The notes under the pieces: model-generated
What the model saw: only the letters and a program-made list of their open reading frames with translations
What the model was told of the DNA's origin: nothing
Databases searched by the model: none
Program-made: the position numbers and the translations under genes
Part shown: one piece after another, positions 1-11,181 of the stretch
Layout: every line of letters begins with the position of its first letter
Numbering within the stretch: the first letter of the stretch is position 1
Assembly (NCBI GenBank): GCA_002269645.1
Contig: NIVC01000599.1
Coordinates: 29,393 to 93,392, forward strand
DNA length: 64,000 nucleotides
Direction: 5' to 3'
Source: Macrostomum lignano
Taxonomy: Eukaryota

Positions 1-610
1 CCAGTCCTTGACCAGAGGAGCCAAACCATGGGAGACGAGGGTTATGTCACGGGCCTCCGTCCATCGCCCGTTGTCAAAGGTGGGTGTTCCACCAATTTCG
101 CAAAACTCAGTGTTGGTGGTGCAGATGTAAGCAAGGAGTTCCTCGCCTCTGCTGTTGGAAGTATTACTGCCCCAGTGGGTGTGGTGAGCGTTGACGTCGC
201 CCGCCACCAGCAGCTCGAACCTACGGTTAGAGCAGTAGTCCACGAGGGAGATGAGGTTGGGTGGAACCGCGGGGCCATCGCCAGGGAAATAAATCGAGGC
301 GATGATGACCGTGCGGTTGGTGATTATGTGGTTGGGGGGGGGGGACTGAATGACACAGAGGTCTCTGTCAGAGAGGTCCTGTCTGTGCCAAGCTTTGAGA
401 TGGGTAGACACGAACATGGCTGCTCTGGGGTTTTGGGGTGTCCTGAAAACAGTCAAAACCAGCAGGAATATTCGGAATCTTACCTTTCTTCGTCCAGGGC
501 TCCTGGAGTAGGATAATGCCCGGTTTCACGAAGGTTGCCACCTGCATCAGGTTGGTCGAGGCCGCGATGCAGTGGTGTAGGTTTAGCTGCAGGATGTCTA
601 CTCCGGGGAT
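1..610 (-). mobile_element. Non-LTR retrotransposon (LINE) ORF2 APE endonuclease domain, with one frameshift; runs off the window start
   Basis: Minus strand reads ILQLNLHHCIAASTNL...IILLQEPW, then after a 1-nt frameshift near 430 RAAMFVS...IIASIYFP...LLVAGDVNAHHTHWGSNTSNSRGEELL...TPTF...DITLVS. These are the canonical APE-type LINE endonuclease motifs. Confidence 0.9.
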
Positions 611-929
611 TCCACGGGTCCGCGCAGCTTCCTGTGCAGCGAGTTGTGCAGGAGAGCTGTCTCTTCTACCTCGCCGATGGCTCCAGGCTCCAGTTCCATG
701 GGCTCCTCCAGGATGGTCTCCATGGTCGAGGGCGGGGCCGCCACCTGGGCGGCATTCTCGCTCTCGGCCCAGTTTTCCGGGGGGCGCAGTGGTGACACTG
801 GGCTGGGGGTTGCTGCGGTTGTTGGCCTTGGTGGTGTCCAGCAGCTGCTTCGCGCGCTGAGTCAGACCAGAGCGGATAGTGGACTGCTGCTGGGCTTTGG
901 TCAGAAGAATTGCTCTCGTCTCCTCGACC

Positions 930-1545
930 AGCTCCTTGACCTTTATGGTGGACCGGCACACGGAGGAGAAGTGGTTTGCACGACCGCAGGCGCATGTTTT
1001 GCCGAATGCCGGGCACTTGCGCCGCTCATGCTGCTTCCCGCAGAAGCCGCAGTTGCGAGCCATCTTGGCTGGGCCTGCTGGTGCCTTGGCCCGGCATTGC
1101 AGGGCGTCGCCGGTCACAGGTACTGGCGCAGGTGCTGCTCGGCTAGTTCGTGTCGAGGTCAGGGCCGCGCCTGTCGCTTTGATGTCTCCGATGCTCGTCC
1201 TATCTGAATTGCACAGTTCAGAGTCAACTTTGATTCCCGTAGAAATCTTTCTCGCAGAGCTGGGTCGCTGACACCGATGACGACCCGATCTCGGAAGATG
1301 CTGTTCTTGATCTCGTCGTTGTCAGGTATACTGTAGTTGCAGCGCTTCACGAGCTGGCGTAGAGAACCCACGAACTGGTCGAAGTCCTCCGCTTCTCCTT
1401 GCATTCTGGTGCGCAGCTGATAGCGTTCAAATATCTCGTTGGAGAGATGCTGGCAGTAGACATCAAACTTCTTGATCAAATCCTCGTTCTTTTTCACTTC
1501 CGCAGTAGGAAACGTGGCATAGACATCTTGCCCATCTGGTCCTAG
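930..1545 (-). mobile_element. Ty3/gypsy-type gag fragment (capsid-like region plus CCHC zinc knuckle), 5'-truncated and frameshifted
   Basis: LGPDGQDVYATF...FDVYC...NEIFERYQLRTRMQGEAEDFDQFVGSLRQLVKRCNY...FRDRVVIGVSDPALRERFLRESKLTL, then in another frame CGFCGKQHERRKCPAFGKTCACGRANHFSSVCRS. Confidence 0.85.
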
Positions 1546-4500
1546 AGCTGACTCGCTTCTCGAACATCAGTAGCATCAACTCAAACGCCGACAAAAAGCA
1601 GAATTCGCAGGTAGAGGACCTTGCTTGCGCTTCGAAAACAGTGTACGCATCGTTAATAAATGCCTACAAGATGAGAGAAAAATATATATTTGAAATATTA
1701 ATTATAGTTATGAGAAAAAACAAGAAAGAATTTTGAGTCAACAATTTTATAAATATAGAGAATTTTTTATTAATTTTTTTATTACAATGAAATCAAATAT
1801 AAAAATTAATACATACATAAAATTACAAGTAATTAAATAGGCTAGTATAGTCAATATTATTACTGTATGTTATACTTGTTATTCTTTTATAAAAGTATAC
1901 TAAGTGCCTGTCTTATATAATTGAATTTAAATTTATTGGAAAAACACTATAGAATCTTAAATGGGTATTATGTTTATAATTTGACTTAATAGAAGCGAAG
2001 AGATATCAAAATAGAGGCTTCTAGCCAGTTGTAAAAAGCATCAAGCCAAGAAATACTAATTTTATTGCCTGTACTGATATTAACACTTTGACTGTGTGTT
2101 TCAAGACATAATTGAAAAATATATCTAAACATATAGGAAGTAAAATTGCATAAAAGTCTTCATTATTAAGTATGGGCACAAAAATACCACACGACATATA
2201 AATATAATGTATTTTTGTGCGCAAGTGCGCTACATGTTCTGCCTGCCACTTGCGCAATAAAGACTCGTAGTTCAAAATATTTTTTTCAAGTTTTTGCTTC
2301 GCATTAAATAAATAGCTTAACAATCAACACAAAAGGGAATGCAAAAATGCTGATGAAAGTGATGAAATTTTACTTTGATAACTTTTTTAACAGGAAAATT
2401 TACTATTTTTCGACTCGGGAAACGCACTTAATTTCGTTCACCGCGGAGTTCAGCGGCAGTCATTCACCACCGGAATTTCACAAAAACCGTTCTCCTGCAG
2501 TTCAGGAGCAATGCGCAACGCTGAAATTTTATGCGCACGTCGAAATCTGCCTATATTTTGCTTTGAAATATTGCATGACAGGTTTTCAGCTCTCTGGAAG
2601 GATTTATTGGGTTCACCGCCGGTTCACCGCCGCTTCACCGCCAAAAAATATAACAAAAATCGCCCTCCTGATGTCCGCTGGCAACGCGCAGAGCCAAAAA
2701 CTTGCGCTATCGACTATATATTTTTTAAGCCTTAAAAATAAAGTTAAAAATCCGGTGAACCCAAGTGTCGGTGAAATCAGTAGTTAGTTGCATGCATGCC
2801 CACCCAACGGGTCTGTATAAAAGCTGGCAACGGACACTGGCATACTGGCATCACTGGCAGCAGTGTACTAAAACAAATATTTTTCTAATGTTTATATTTA
2901 ATAAAAGTCCAGTGTCAGTTTAACTAAAAGTGTATATATTTATTAATAAAATTTAAGATTTTATTGCAATTTTTAAAAATGTAATAAGCAAAATTCTAAA
3001 TCATCAATTTTTTAAATTTCCACTGGCATTTTGCATTGACTTCACATAATATGCATTTTATACGAGCTAATCAAATGACAATTAACTCCTTTTTATCGTT
3101 ATCATTTTCTCGAGCCTCTCTATGAACTTCGTTTTTTGCACTCTGCCTTTGCTCCTATACGGCACAAAATTTAAATTTGTGTAAAATCATAAAATGAATT
3201 GCAATTTTTCAGTGAACAAAATATACAGTTCTTTCTTATCACTGAAAAGTGCGTGTCTTCAATTACTTAAGCCACTTTCCATTTTTACTACTAGTAGTAT
3301 TACTAAAACTGCTACATCTTTAACTGTATATATGTAACCTGTATGCATACTGCATTATGGCACATTGAGTGCATATATCCACCTTTGATTTCTTTCATAT
3401 CAGCTTTGCATGTCTTAATACATTTAATTCTGTTGAACTCAGACGGTTATATCTGCCCTGATTTGTTGATTAACTCAGAGAATATCCGTCTTAGCCCCCA
3501 TCTGGATGCATGACTGTAGGCTGTAACTCGGCCACAATATAAAATTTTATTTTATTAGGCCGTCTTTAATTCGAAGCAACATGTACACTTATTAGGTCAG
3601 TAAATGATGTCTTAAAGTCAATTAATTGTTCTAGATAATTTTCAACACGACACACATACATGTATTGCATGAAAAAGTAATTCTATATACATACAGAGTA
3701 ATTACATTACTTCCTTTTACATGTATAGAAATTTTACTATGGTACCAGTTAACAAAAATTACAATGGTGGCGTAACGAAAATTGCAAGGTCGCAACAAAA
3801 CGCCGATGCGAAGTTACCTACTAGTAGGGCACTGCGACTCTGTTTCCTTAAGCGACCTTCTGGTGACAACATCTGGATGTACACACATCTGGTTTTGGTT
3901 GCAGGCAATCTTAGGCTATACTTGCCAGTTCCTTGTAATTCAGTAAGTATAAAAGTAGCATGGAAATGCAACTACCCAGCTTCATTTTTGTGAATTTTTA
4001 ATGAGAAAATACCAACTTTTTAATAATAATTTTTCCTATCAAGAAAATCCATTCATAATTCACCAAAAATTTACATGTCATCTTATGTTTATGTTTTTAC
4101 TTAGTTTTTTTCTTGTCATGTCTACAGTTTTATTCCTTGATCCTTTATTTCATTTTTCATTACAAAGAGTTTGCATGGTTGTTGATTAAATATTTCTGTA
4201 TTGTCTCAAAATAAAACAAATCTATGTGTATTTCAGCATCTAGTTTGCTTCTTCTGGGACTTTGACAACACAAAAATTTAGCAGGTAATGTTGCTTCTTG
4301 CTTATTTTAAATGTATTTTTGCTTTTATTTTTGGAAATTATGAATTTCTTTTTTTTTAAATTATATACCTCTTTTTCATGGTTGCAATTAATGTTTATAT
4401 CGCCAAATTTAATTGTTTCATAGTGCTTTCGTTCAAATATTGTGTGAGTTTTCACACATAAATTTTCAGTTATAAAGTATACGGCCGCCAAATCAATACT

Positions 4501-4924
4501 TCAAGAAGGATACTATAAAGTGCACCAAGGCTGATATATGCAAATAAAAAACATGATTGTGGGAGTGTACATTTCTTAGTCAAATCCTGAACAATGCAGC
4601 TATTTTATGTCCAAGAAACAAGCTGTTGAAACCCGCGGATTTTGAACCCGGGGAATTCCAATCCCCGGAACTACTTTTGCATGTATTCTGAAATCTAAGG
4701 CCATACCCCATACACAAACAAATTAATAGTTAGTAGGATAGAGGTAGACATAAATTGGAGCACATTTGTGTAAAATTAGGTTTTGAGGCAAACGTTGATA
4801 TTGTTTGCTGGAATGCTAGGGTACTCCACAGAATGCCAGGCAATGTCTGTCTGACTCTAAAACATGTATTGGCAAACTCTGGCCTCTCCCTGACTCTCCC
4901 TATGTCCCTTGGATCCTTTAAAAT

Positions 4925-5561
4925 TTCTATCGTCTCTTCTGTTTCCTTTCTTCTTTCATCCCTCGTCTCTCGTCTCTCCTCTCTCTTCTCTCCTCTCTTC
5001 TTTCGTATCTTCCCTCATCTCTCTTCTCTTTCATCTCTCTTATCTCATCTCTTCCCTATTCTTTTCTCTCTCCTCTCCTCTCTCCTTTCTACTTTTCGTT
5101 TTCTCTCTGCTCTCCTCTCTCCTCTCTACTCTTTCGTTTTCTCTCTCCTCTCCTCTCTCTTCTCTCCCCATCTTCTCTCGTCTCTTCCTTCTCCTCTCTA
5201 TTCTTTTCTCTCTTCTCTTAACTCTCTCCTCTACTCTCTCATCTCTCCTCTCTACTCTTTCCTCTCTCTCTCCTCTCTCCCCTCTTCTCTCGTCTCTTCC
5301 CTCACCTCTTTCCTCTCTCTCTTTCCTCTCAGCTCTTTTCTTGTTTTATCTCTTCTCTCTCCCCTCGTCGCTCGTCTCTTCCCTCACCTCTTTCCTCTCT
5401 CTCTTTCCTCTCATCTCTTTTCTTGTTTTATCTCTTCTCTCTCCCCTCGTCGCTCGTCTCTTCCCTCACCTCTCTTCTCTCTCGTCCGCTCTTTCATCTC
5501 TCCTTTCTCTTCTTTTATATTTTCTCTCTTATCTCTTCTCGTTTATCTCTGCTCTGCGCTT

Positions 5562-5625
<64 letters not shown>

Positions 5626-6400
5626 CCCATCTCTCTTCTCCTCTCTACTCTCTCCCCTCTTCATTCTCCTGTTTCCTCTTCTCTCTCCTCTGTTCTCTCC
5701 ACTCTCCCATCTCTCGTCTGTTCATCTGCTCTCTCATCTGTCATCTTTACTCTCTTATACGTTCTCTCACTTATCTCCTCTGTACTCTTCTCTTTCACCT
5801 CTTCTCACTCCTCTCTTTCCTTACTCCTCTCTTCTTTTCTTTTCCCTTTCTATACTCTCTCTCCTCTATTATCTTCTCTCGTCTCTCTGCACTCTCCTCT
5901 CACATTTTTCATCTCTCATCTCTTCTTTGATCTGTCTCATCTCTACAATCTCATCTCTTTCCTCTCTCCTCCTCTTCCTTTTACTCTCTCATCTCTCCTT
6001 TCTCCCCTCTTCTTACACCCCTCTCTTATCTCTATCTCTTCTCTTCTCACCCCTTCTCTCCCCCTCTTATCTCCTCTCTTTTCTATCCTTTCTACTCTCT
6101 CCTCTCTAATCTCTCATCTCCTCTTGACCCTCTGTCATCTTCTTTCTGCTCTCTCATCTCTCATCTCTTCTCACTCTTCTCTACTCTCCTCTCATCGATC
6201 CTCTGTCTCATCTCTCCCCTCTTCTCACATTTACTCTTTCCTCTCCCTCCTTTCTCCCCTCCTCTCGCTTCTTCCTCCCTTCTTCTCTGCTCTCTCCTCA
6301 CCACTTGTCTCTCCTCTTATCTTCCATGTTTTCTCTTATCCCCCTCTCGCCTCTCCTCTCTTCTAATAGTCTATTCCTTCTCCTTTCCACTCTCATCTGG
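4925..6400. repeat. ~1.5-kb CT-rich polypyrimidine low-complexity tract including a pure (CT)n run at ~5567-5620
   Basis: The + strand is almost all C/T. The Ser/Leu-rich ORFs here are by-products of that composition. Confidence 0.95.
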
Positions 6401-7004
6401 CCCGCACATAAGCTGGATTCTTTATCTGGCTTTTAAAGTAAAAGTCTGCCCATTCCTGCTTGGAAAGCCAGTTTGTGGGACGTAGTAGTACTCTCATGGC
6501 TGTTCTCATGCTTTGATCACGTCATTTTTCTTGCCAATTTGCAGCCCTGAAAGGAATTTGTGTATTTTCAGCTCCACTGCAGTCTGCATCAGTCTAACAA
6601 CCAAGGAAAAAAGCATTTCTTAGGACATTTAAAATTTAAAGTACTTTTAAGAGAAACCTAAAATTTCCATGGTGTGACTAATTTAGTAGGGTTGCATTGC
6701 ATCGCATCGCCTTTTCATAAATCTTTCGCTTTCACAAACCATGCTGGATAGTGGATTCCCTCGATTAGCCAATTGCCAATTGCCATCCACTGTTAAACTG
6801 CTGCAGAGTTTGCCAATACAGAGGGGAGGGCAGTGGTTAGAATTTCTCACTAAACTGTCATGGCTAAACGTAGCCTCTCCACTCTCGGGGTGCAGAGAAG
6901 GCTATAAATAAAGTTATTCCAAAACACTGTACATTTGCTATGTACATTCAGTCCTATCGCCTGACCCTTCGTCTGGCTCTGGGGGAATGAGTGAGTGAGT
7001 GGCA

Positions 7005-7578
7005 CAAACAACAGAAAAAGCAGACAAACTTCACATGCTTACAGTTTCTTTTTCGGTTGAGTTAAAGAGTTGAAACTTTACATTTAGACAGAGAATGGGT
7101 CAATCAAGAATTGTATCAAGTTTGAAGTCAATCGCTTTACGTGGAGCAAACTTATGGCAGCTGAAAGTTAGTCAATTTTGAAACCCTTTTACACATCTGG
7201 GCCCAGATTGGGAAAGAGAGGCAGGCGGGTGGAGGTTGGGGTGGCTGTCTCGCTGAAAAAAGCAGACTAACTTTAGAAGTCAACAGCGCCGTTCGGGATT
7301 AACTTTGAAACTCGAAATTTTACACGATTGTGTCACAATAGTTGAAGATTGATTGTGTCAAATTTGAAGAGAATCGGTAAAAGTGGAACGGCGCTATGGA
7401 GGATTAAGTGAGAAAATCGCGCATTTTGAGAAGTTTTTTGTACTTTTAGGTAGGAAGACTTGAGTCTAGGAAATTAAAAGGTAGCCTAAGACATTTTCCG
7501 TAGTAAGTTCAGGGTGGGTGTAAAGTTTGGTGTAATTTGGTTGAGCGGTTTGGGAGTCCATAGCGAAGTAATTTGTCC

Positions 7579-7619
<41 letters not shown>

Positions 7620-7645
7620 GTTTTGATTTTTATAGGTAGAGATTT
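7005..7645 (+). mobile_element. Non-autonomous Helitron/Helentron-like element (DINE-1/Lep1 style) with a (GACA)n microsatellite
   Basis: Repeated AA(A/G)TTTG(A/G)..A.TCG-type motifs, then (GACA)n at ~7580-7618 and a ...TTTTATAGGTAGAGAT end. Similar motifs recur at 50330-50860. Confidence 0.5.
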
Positions 7646-8175
7646 GTATCCTTGACTTTCAGTTTAGTTATTTTTATATTATCCTTGGTTTTTACTTGAA
7701 CGAACCACGAACGAATGTAGCATCCAAATATTTAGTATATGATCGAATGACTTCGGATGAAATGAAATCACCTTATTAAGTAAAATTAAGATTTATTAGT
7801 ATATTAATAAGTAAAAATCACAGATTTATACACTTTAAGTTCCGTTCATATACATACAAGCGTGCAATCATCAATTTGCATTTATACTTTTATAGCTTAG
7901 CTTTTATACAATACGTAGCTTTTATATAATACTACGTGTACCTGGAATAAAATTTAGTGGCTATGAGTTGAATATTGAACCTTTTAGATATCAATAAAGC
8001 TAAAGTTTTATAGACAAATTTCTTAACAGCTAATGCATTAATTTGTAAAAAAACGACATAAATTGTGTTTAAAAAACATTGAGTTGTTAGTGAATTAAAA
8101 TTTAATAAAACTTTTGTTTAACTACATTGATGCCAGTGATGCCAGTGCCAGCTTTTATACAGACCCCCCACCCGA

Positions 8176-8437
8176 CTAGGGATTGCAATCCCGGGATCCC
8201 GCATGTATTGTATGTATTGTATAATTTGTATTGTATCACGATTCGAGAATCGAGAGTCACGTCACGATCACGACGCGCTCGAATGTTACCTGTGTAATGT
8301 ATTTAAAATACGAACATTTTGATATTTCCAGAAATTTCCTGGATATCACCCACTTTATCAAAAAAGTTTCCAATCCCGGGATCCCGGACACTTTTTGGTC
8401 TGAAGGAATCCCGGGATTAGGGGCTCGGGATCCTAAA
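8176..8437. mobile_element. hAT-like MITE remnant with a TAGGGATTGCAATCCCGGGATCCCG terminus
   Basis: hAT-type TAGGGA terminus and repeated AATCCCGGGAT subterminal motifs. The right end is degenerate. Confidence 0.45.
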
Positions 8438-8489
8438 TTGGTAGGATAGCCAGGCCTAGTGTTACAACAAAAAAGTTGATTTAATAGGC

Positions 8490-9050
8490 TACAATAGCAT
8501 AGTCTGGATCATGCTAAATACAAAAACCCCTACCTAAACAAAAACTAAATAATTATAGGCCTAAATGCATGCCAAAAAGATTTGAGTACATACCAAAACT
8601 CTCAAATCTAGGCCAGCTTTATGATAAAAAATGATGTTTTTGTGTGATAATAAATGATCATTTTTGTGTTGCATAAAAGACCCTTTTTGGCCAATACTTT
8701 GGTTGATTTTTTTTCATTTATAAATAGGCCTACTAATTGCAATATAAAATTTATATATACAAAAATTGTTTAAATGCTTTAATTAGGCCTATAAATTAAA
8801 AAAACAGTAAGCATGAAGTTTATGCTTATAGATGAACTTTTCTTTATTTTTTAACTTTAATACCAACTTTTTTGCATGATTTTAGAAAATTGCACTCTAG
8901 TCTAGGTATGTATACACACAAATTTTAGGAGTAATTCATGCCAACTTTGCATGCCTAACTTTAGGGATGCAAGGCCAATATATACCTAATTTTTGGCATA
9001 TATTATATGATCTATAGTGTGATGTATAACTAGAAAAAATGATTAAACTT
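8490..9050. repeat. Old interspersed repeat; a diverged inverted copy lies at ~54340-54870
   Basis: Shared blocks, e.g. AAATGCATGCCAAAAA / TTTTTGGCATGCATTT and GCAAGGCCAATA / TATTGGCCTTGC, occur in colinear inverted order. Confidence 0.6.
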
Positions 9051-9545
9051 GGATAATAGGCAGTTGCACCTTGATCTCTTTAGGTAGACTTTAAAAAATC
9101 TAGCTAGGCCTAGGCCCTACCACAATCTTATTCCTTATATATATAGTATGAAATAGGTCCTTATCTAGTATTTAAGTCTTTAACTTAAAAGCTTCTTTGC
9201 ATTTAAAGTAAAATCTTCTTAACATTAGTCTTCTCTAGTTATAAAGTAGGCCCTAGGCTAGGTATGAAAAATATCTATAACTATTGACTAAATTCATATT
9301 CTGTCTAACTTCCCATAGCTATATTTATAGCTATAGTAAAAGATGCCACTTTTGATATGAACATTTTATTAAAAGGACTAAATAAATAGCAATTATATAT
9401 ATAATGTTATATAAGATGTACAAGATCACTAATTTGCTAACCTTTTTTATAGTCAGGGAGAGATAAGTAAATATCAAAAATGACATGTAGAAAAGTAATT
9501 CTATGGCTTTTTGTCCTATTTCAATTATTGCAACTAAGGGGGCCA

Positions 9546-9700
9546 TAGGCCATAGCCCAGTGGTAGCGCAGCTGCTCTGGTGTGCTAGCAACCCAGGCTC
9601 AATTCCAAGTGCAGTCACATTAATTTGGGGCTGAATTGGAATCTCGGCTTGGCTCTGCTCATGCAATTAATGGCCTTGAGAGCCAACCCCCCAAGGTGCA
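9546..9700 (+). mobile_element. Degenerate tRNA-derived SINE
   Basis: GGCCATAGCCCAGTGG (A-box-like) ... GGCTCAATTCC (B-box-like) with tRNA-like spacing. Confidence 0.4.
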
Positions 9701-10204
9701 GTGAAGTGTACATGCCTAGGCCCTAATAATAATAATAAGAATGATAATGATAAAGTTAGGGCTGCTGTACACTTCTGTATGAGTGTGTGCCTGCATATGT
9801 ATCCGCGTGCTTGTATGCCTACTCAGGGGAGTTGGCAGAATGGGCAGTAATGCCTCTCGCCAATTGTGTAGAGATGTTCCGAAATTTCGATTTCGATTTC
9901 GATTTTCCGAAATTCGGATTTTTTTATGTGAGGGTTCCCCGACAGATATTCGCGACAGATATTTTCTCCTTCAATCGGATAATTCAAACAAAAAATGAAT
10001 TTATGTTTCGGGATGCATTACTTACTCTGATGCCGTATTCAGCTTTAAAATTTTGTAGACAAAAATTTTATGTCTTAAAGAAAAAAATATTAGTACGAAT
10101 ACAAAGTGTGTCAAAACGAATTTTATCACACATTCCTTACAAAAAAATTCTCACGCCAAAGAACTTATGAAGTAACGGTAGCAATGAATTTTTTGTCAGT
10201 TTCT

Positions 10205-11030
10205 GACGCATGTCTCAACTTTGCAATGACACCTTAGACACATGTCCTACTTTTGTATTTCCTGGGATATCTGCTTCCAAAGTGTGCTTTCCGTGAGTCA
10301 TTCATCATCCGTACCAAGACCAACCAAAACTTTGACTTATCGCTCCGTCTCTATGCTTCAATCATTTGCTCTGAAACTTCTACCACTTCTTGACGCATGT
10401 CTCAGCTTTGCAGTGACACCTTAGACACATGTCCTACTTTTGTATTTCCCGGGATATCTGCTTCCAAAGTGTGCTTTCCGTGAGTCATTCATCATCCGTA
10501 CCAAGACCAACCAAAACTTTGACTTATCGCTCCGTCTCTATGCTTCAATCATTTGCTCTGAAACTTCTACCACTTCTTGACGCATGTCTCAGCTTTGCAG
10601 TGACACCTTAGACACATGTCCTACTTTTGTATTTCCCGGGATATCTGCTTCCAAACTGTGCTTTCCGTGAGTCATTCATCATCCGTACCAAGACCAACCA
10701 AAACTTTGACTTATCGCTCCGTCTCTATGCTTCAATCATTTGCTCTGAAACTTCTACCACTTCTTGACGCATGTCTCAGCTTTGCAGTGACACCTTAGAC
10801 ACATGTCCTACTTTTGTATTTCCCGGGATATCTGCTTCCAAAGTGTGCTTTCCGTGAGTCATTCATCATCCGTACCAAGACCAACCAAAACTTTGACTTA
10901 TCGCTCCGTCTCTATGCTTCAATCATTTGCTCTGAAACTTCTACCACTTCTTGACGCATGTCTCAGCTTTGCAGTGACACCTTAGACACATGTCTGACTT
11001 TTGTATTTCCCGGGATATCTGCTTCCAAAT
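10205..11030 (+). repeat. 187-bp tandem array in the left Foldback arm (~4.4 units)
   Basis: Units recur at 10242, 10429, 10616, 10803 and partially at 10990. Confidence 0.95.
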
Positions 11031-11181
11031 TGTGCGTTCCGTGGGTTATGTCTATATATCTCTCGCTGCGTCTTTTGCTCAAGCATACTACGAGTCTACG
11101 AGACACGCGATCAAACACATGATTGGTTTGCGTATTTCTCGAGATATTTTTTGAGCTCTTTGGTTTCAAAATGACACCTTT

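Larger units (their letters stand above)
2809..8166. mobile_element. Non-autonomous DNA transposon with TIRs and a 9-bp TSD (MULE-like), 5.36 kb
   Basis: The left end GGGTCTGTATAAAAGCTGGCA...CTGGCATCACTGGCA (2809) is inverted at 8130-8166. Flanks CCACCCAAC (2800-2808) and CCACCCGAC (8167-8175) form a 9-bp TSD with one mismatch. No intact transposase inside. Confidence 0.75.

Noticed and set aside
4755-6366. Long Ser/Leu-rich ORFs (391, 485 and 228 aa)
   Set aside because: CT-only sequence lacks stop codons on that strand, so these are a low-complexity artefact.
10205-11030. Regular repeat arrays (187-, 46-, 29-, 30- and 51-bp) as possible CRISPR arrays
   Set aside because: The units are contiguous with no unique spacers, there are no cas genes, and the context is eukaryotic.
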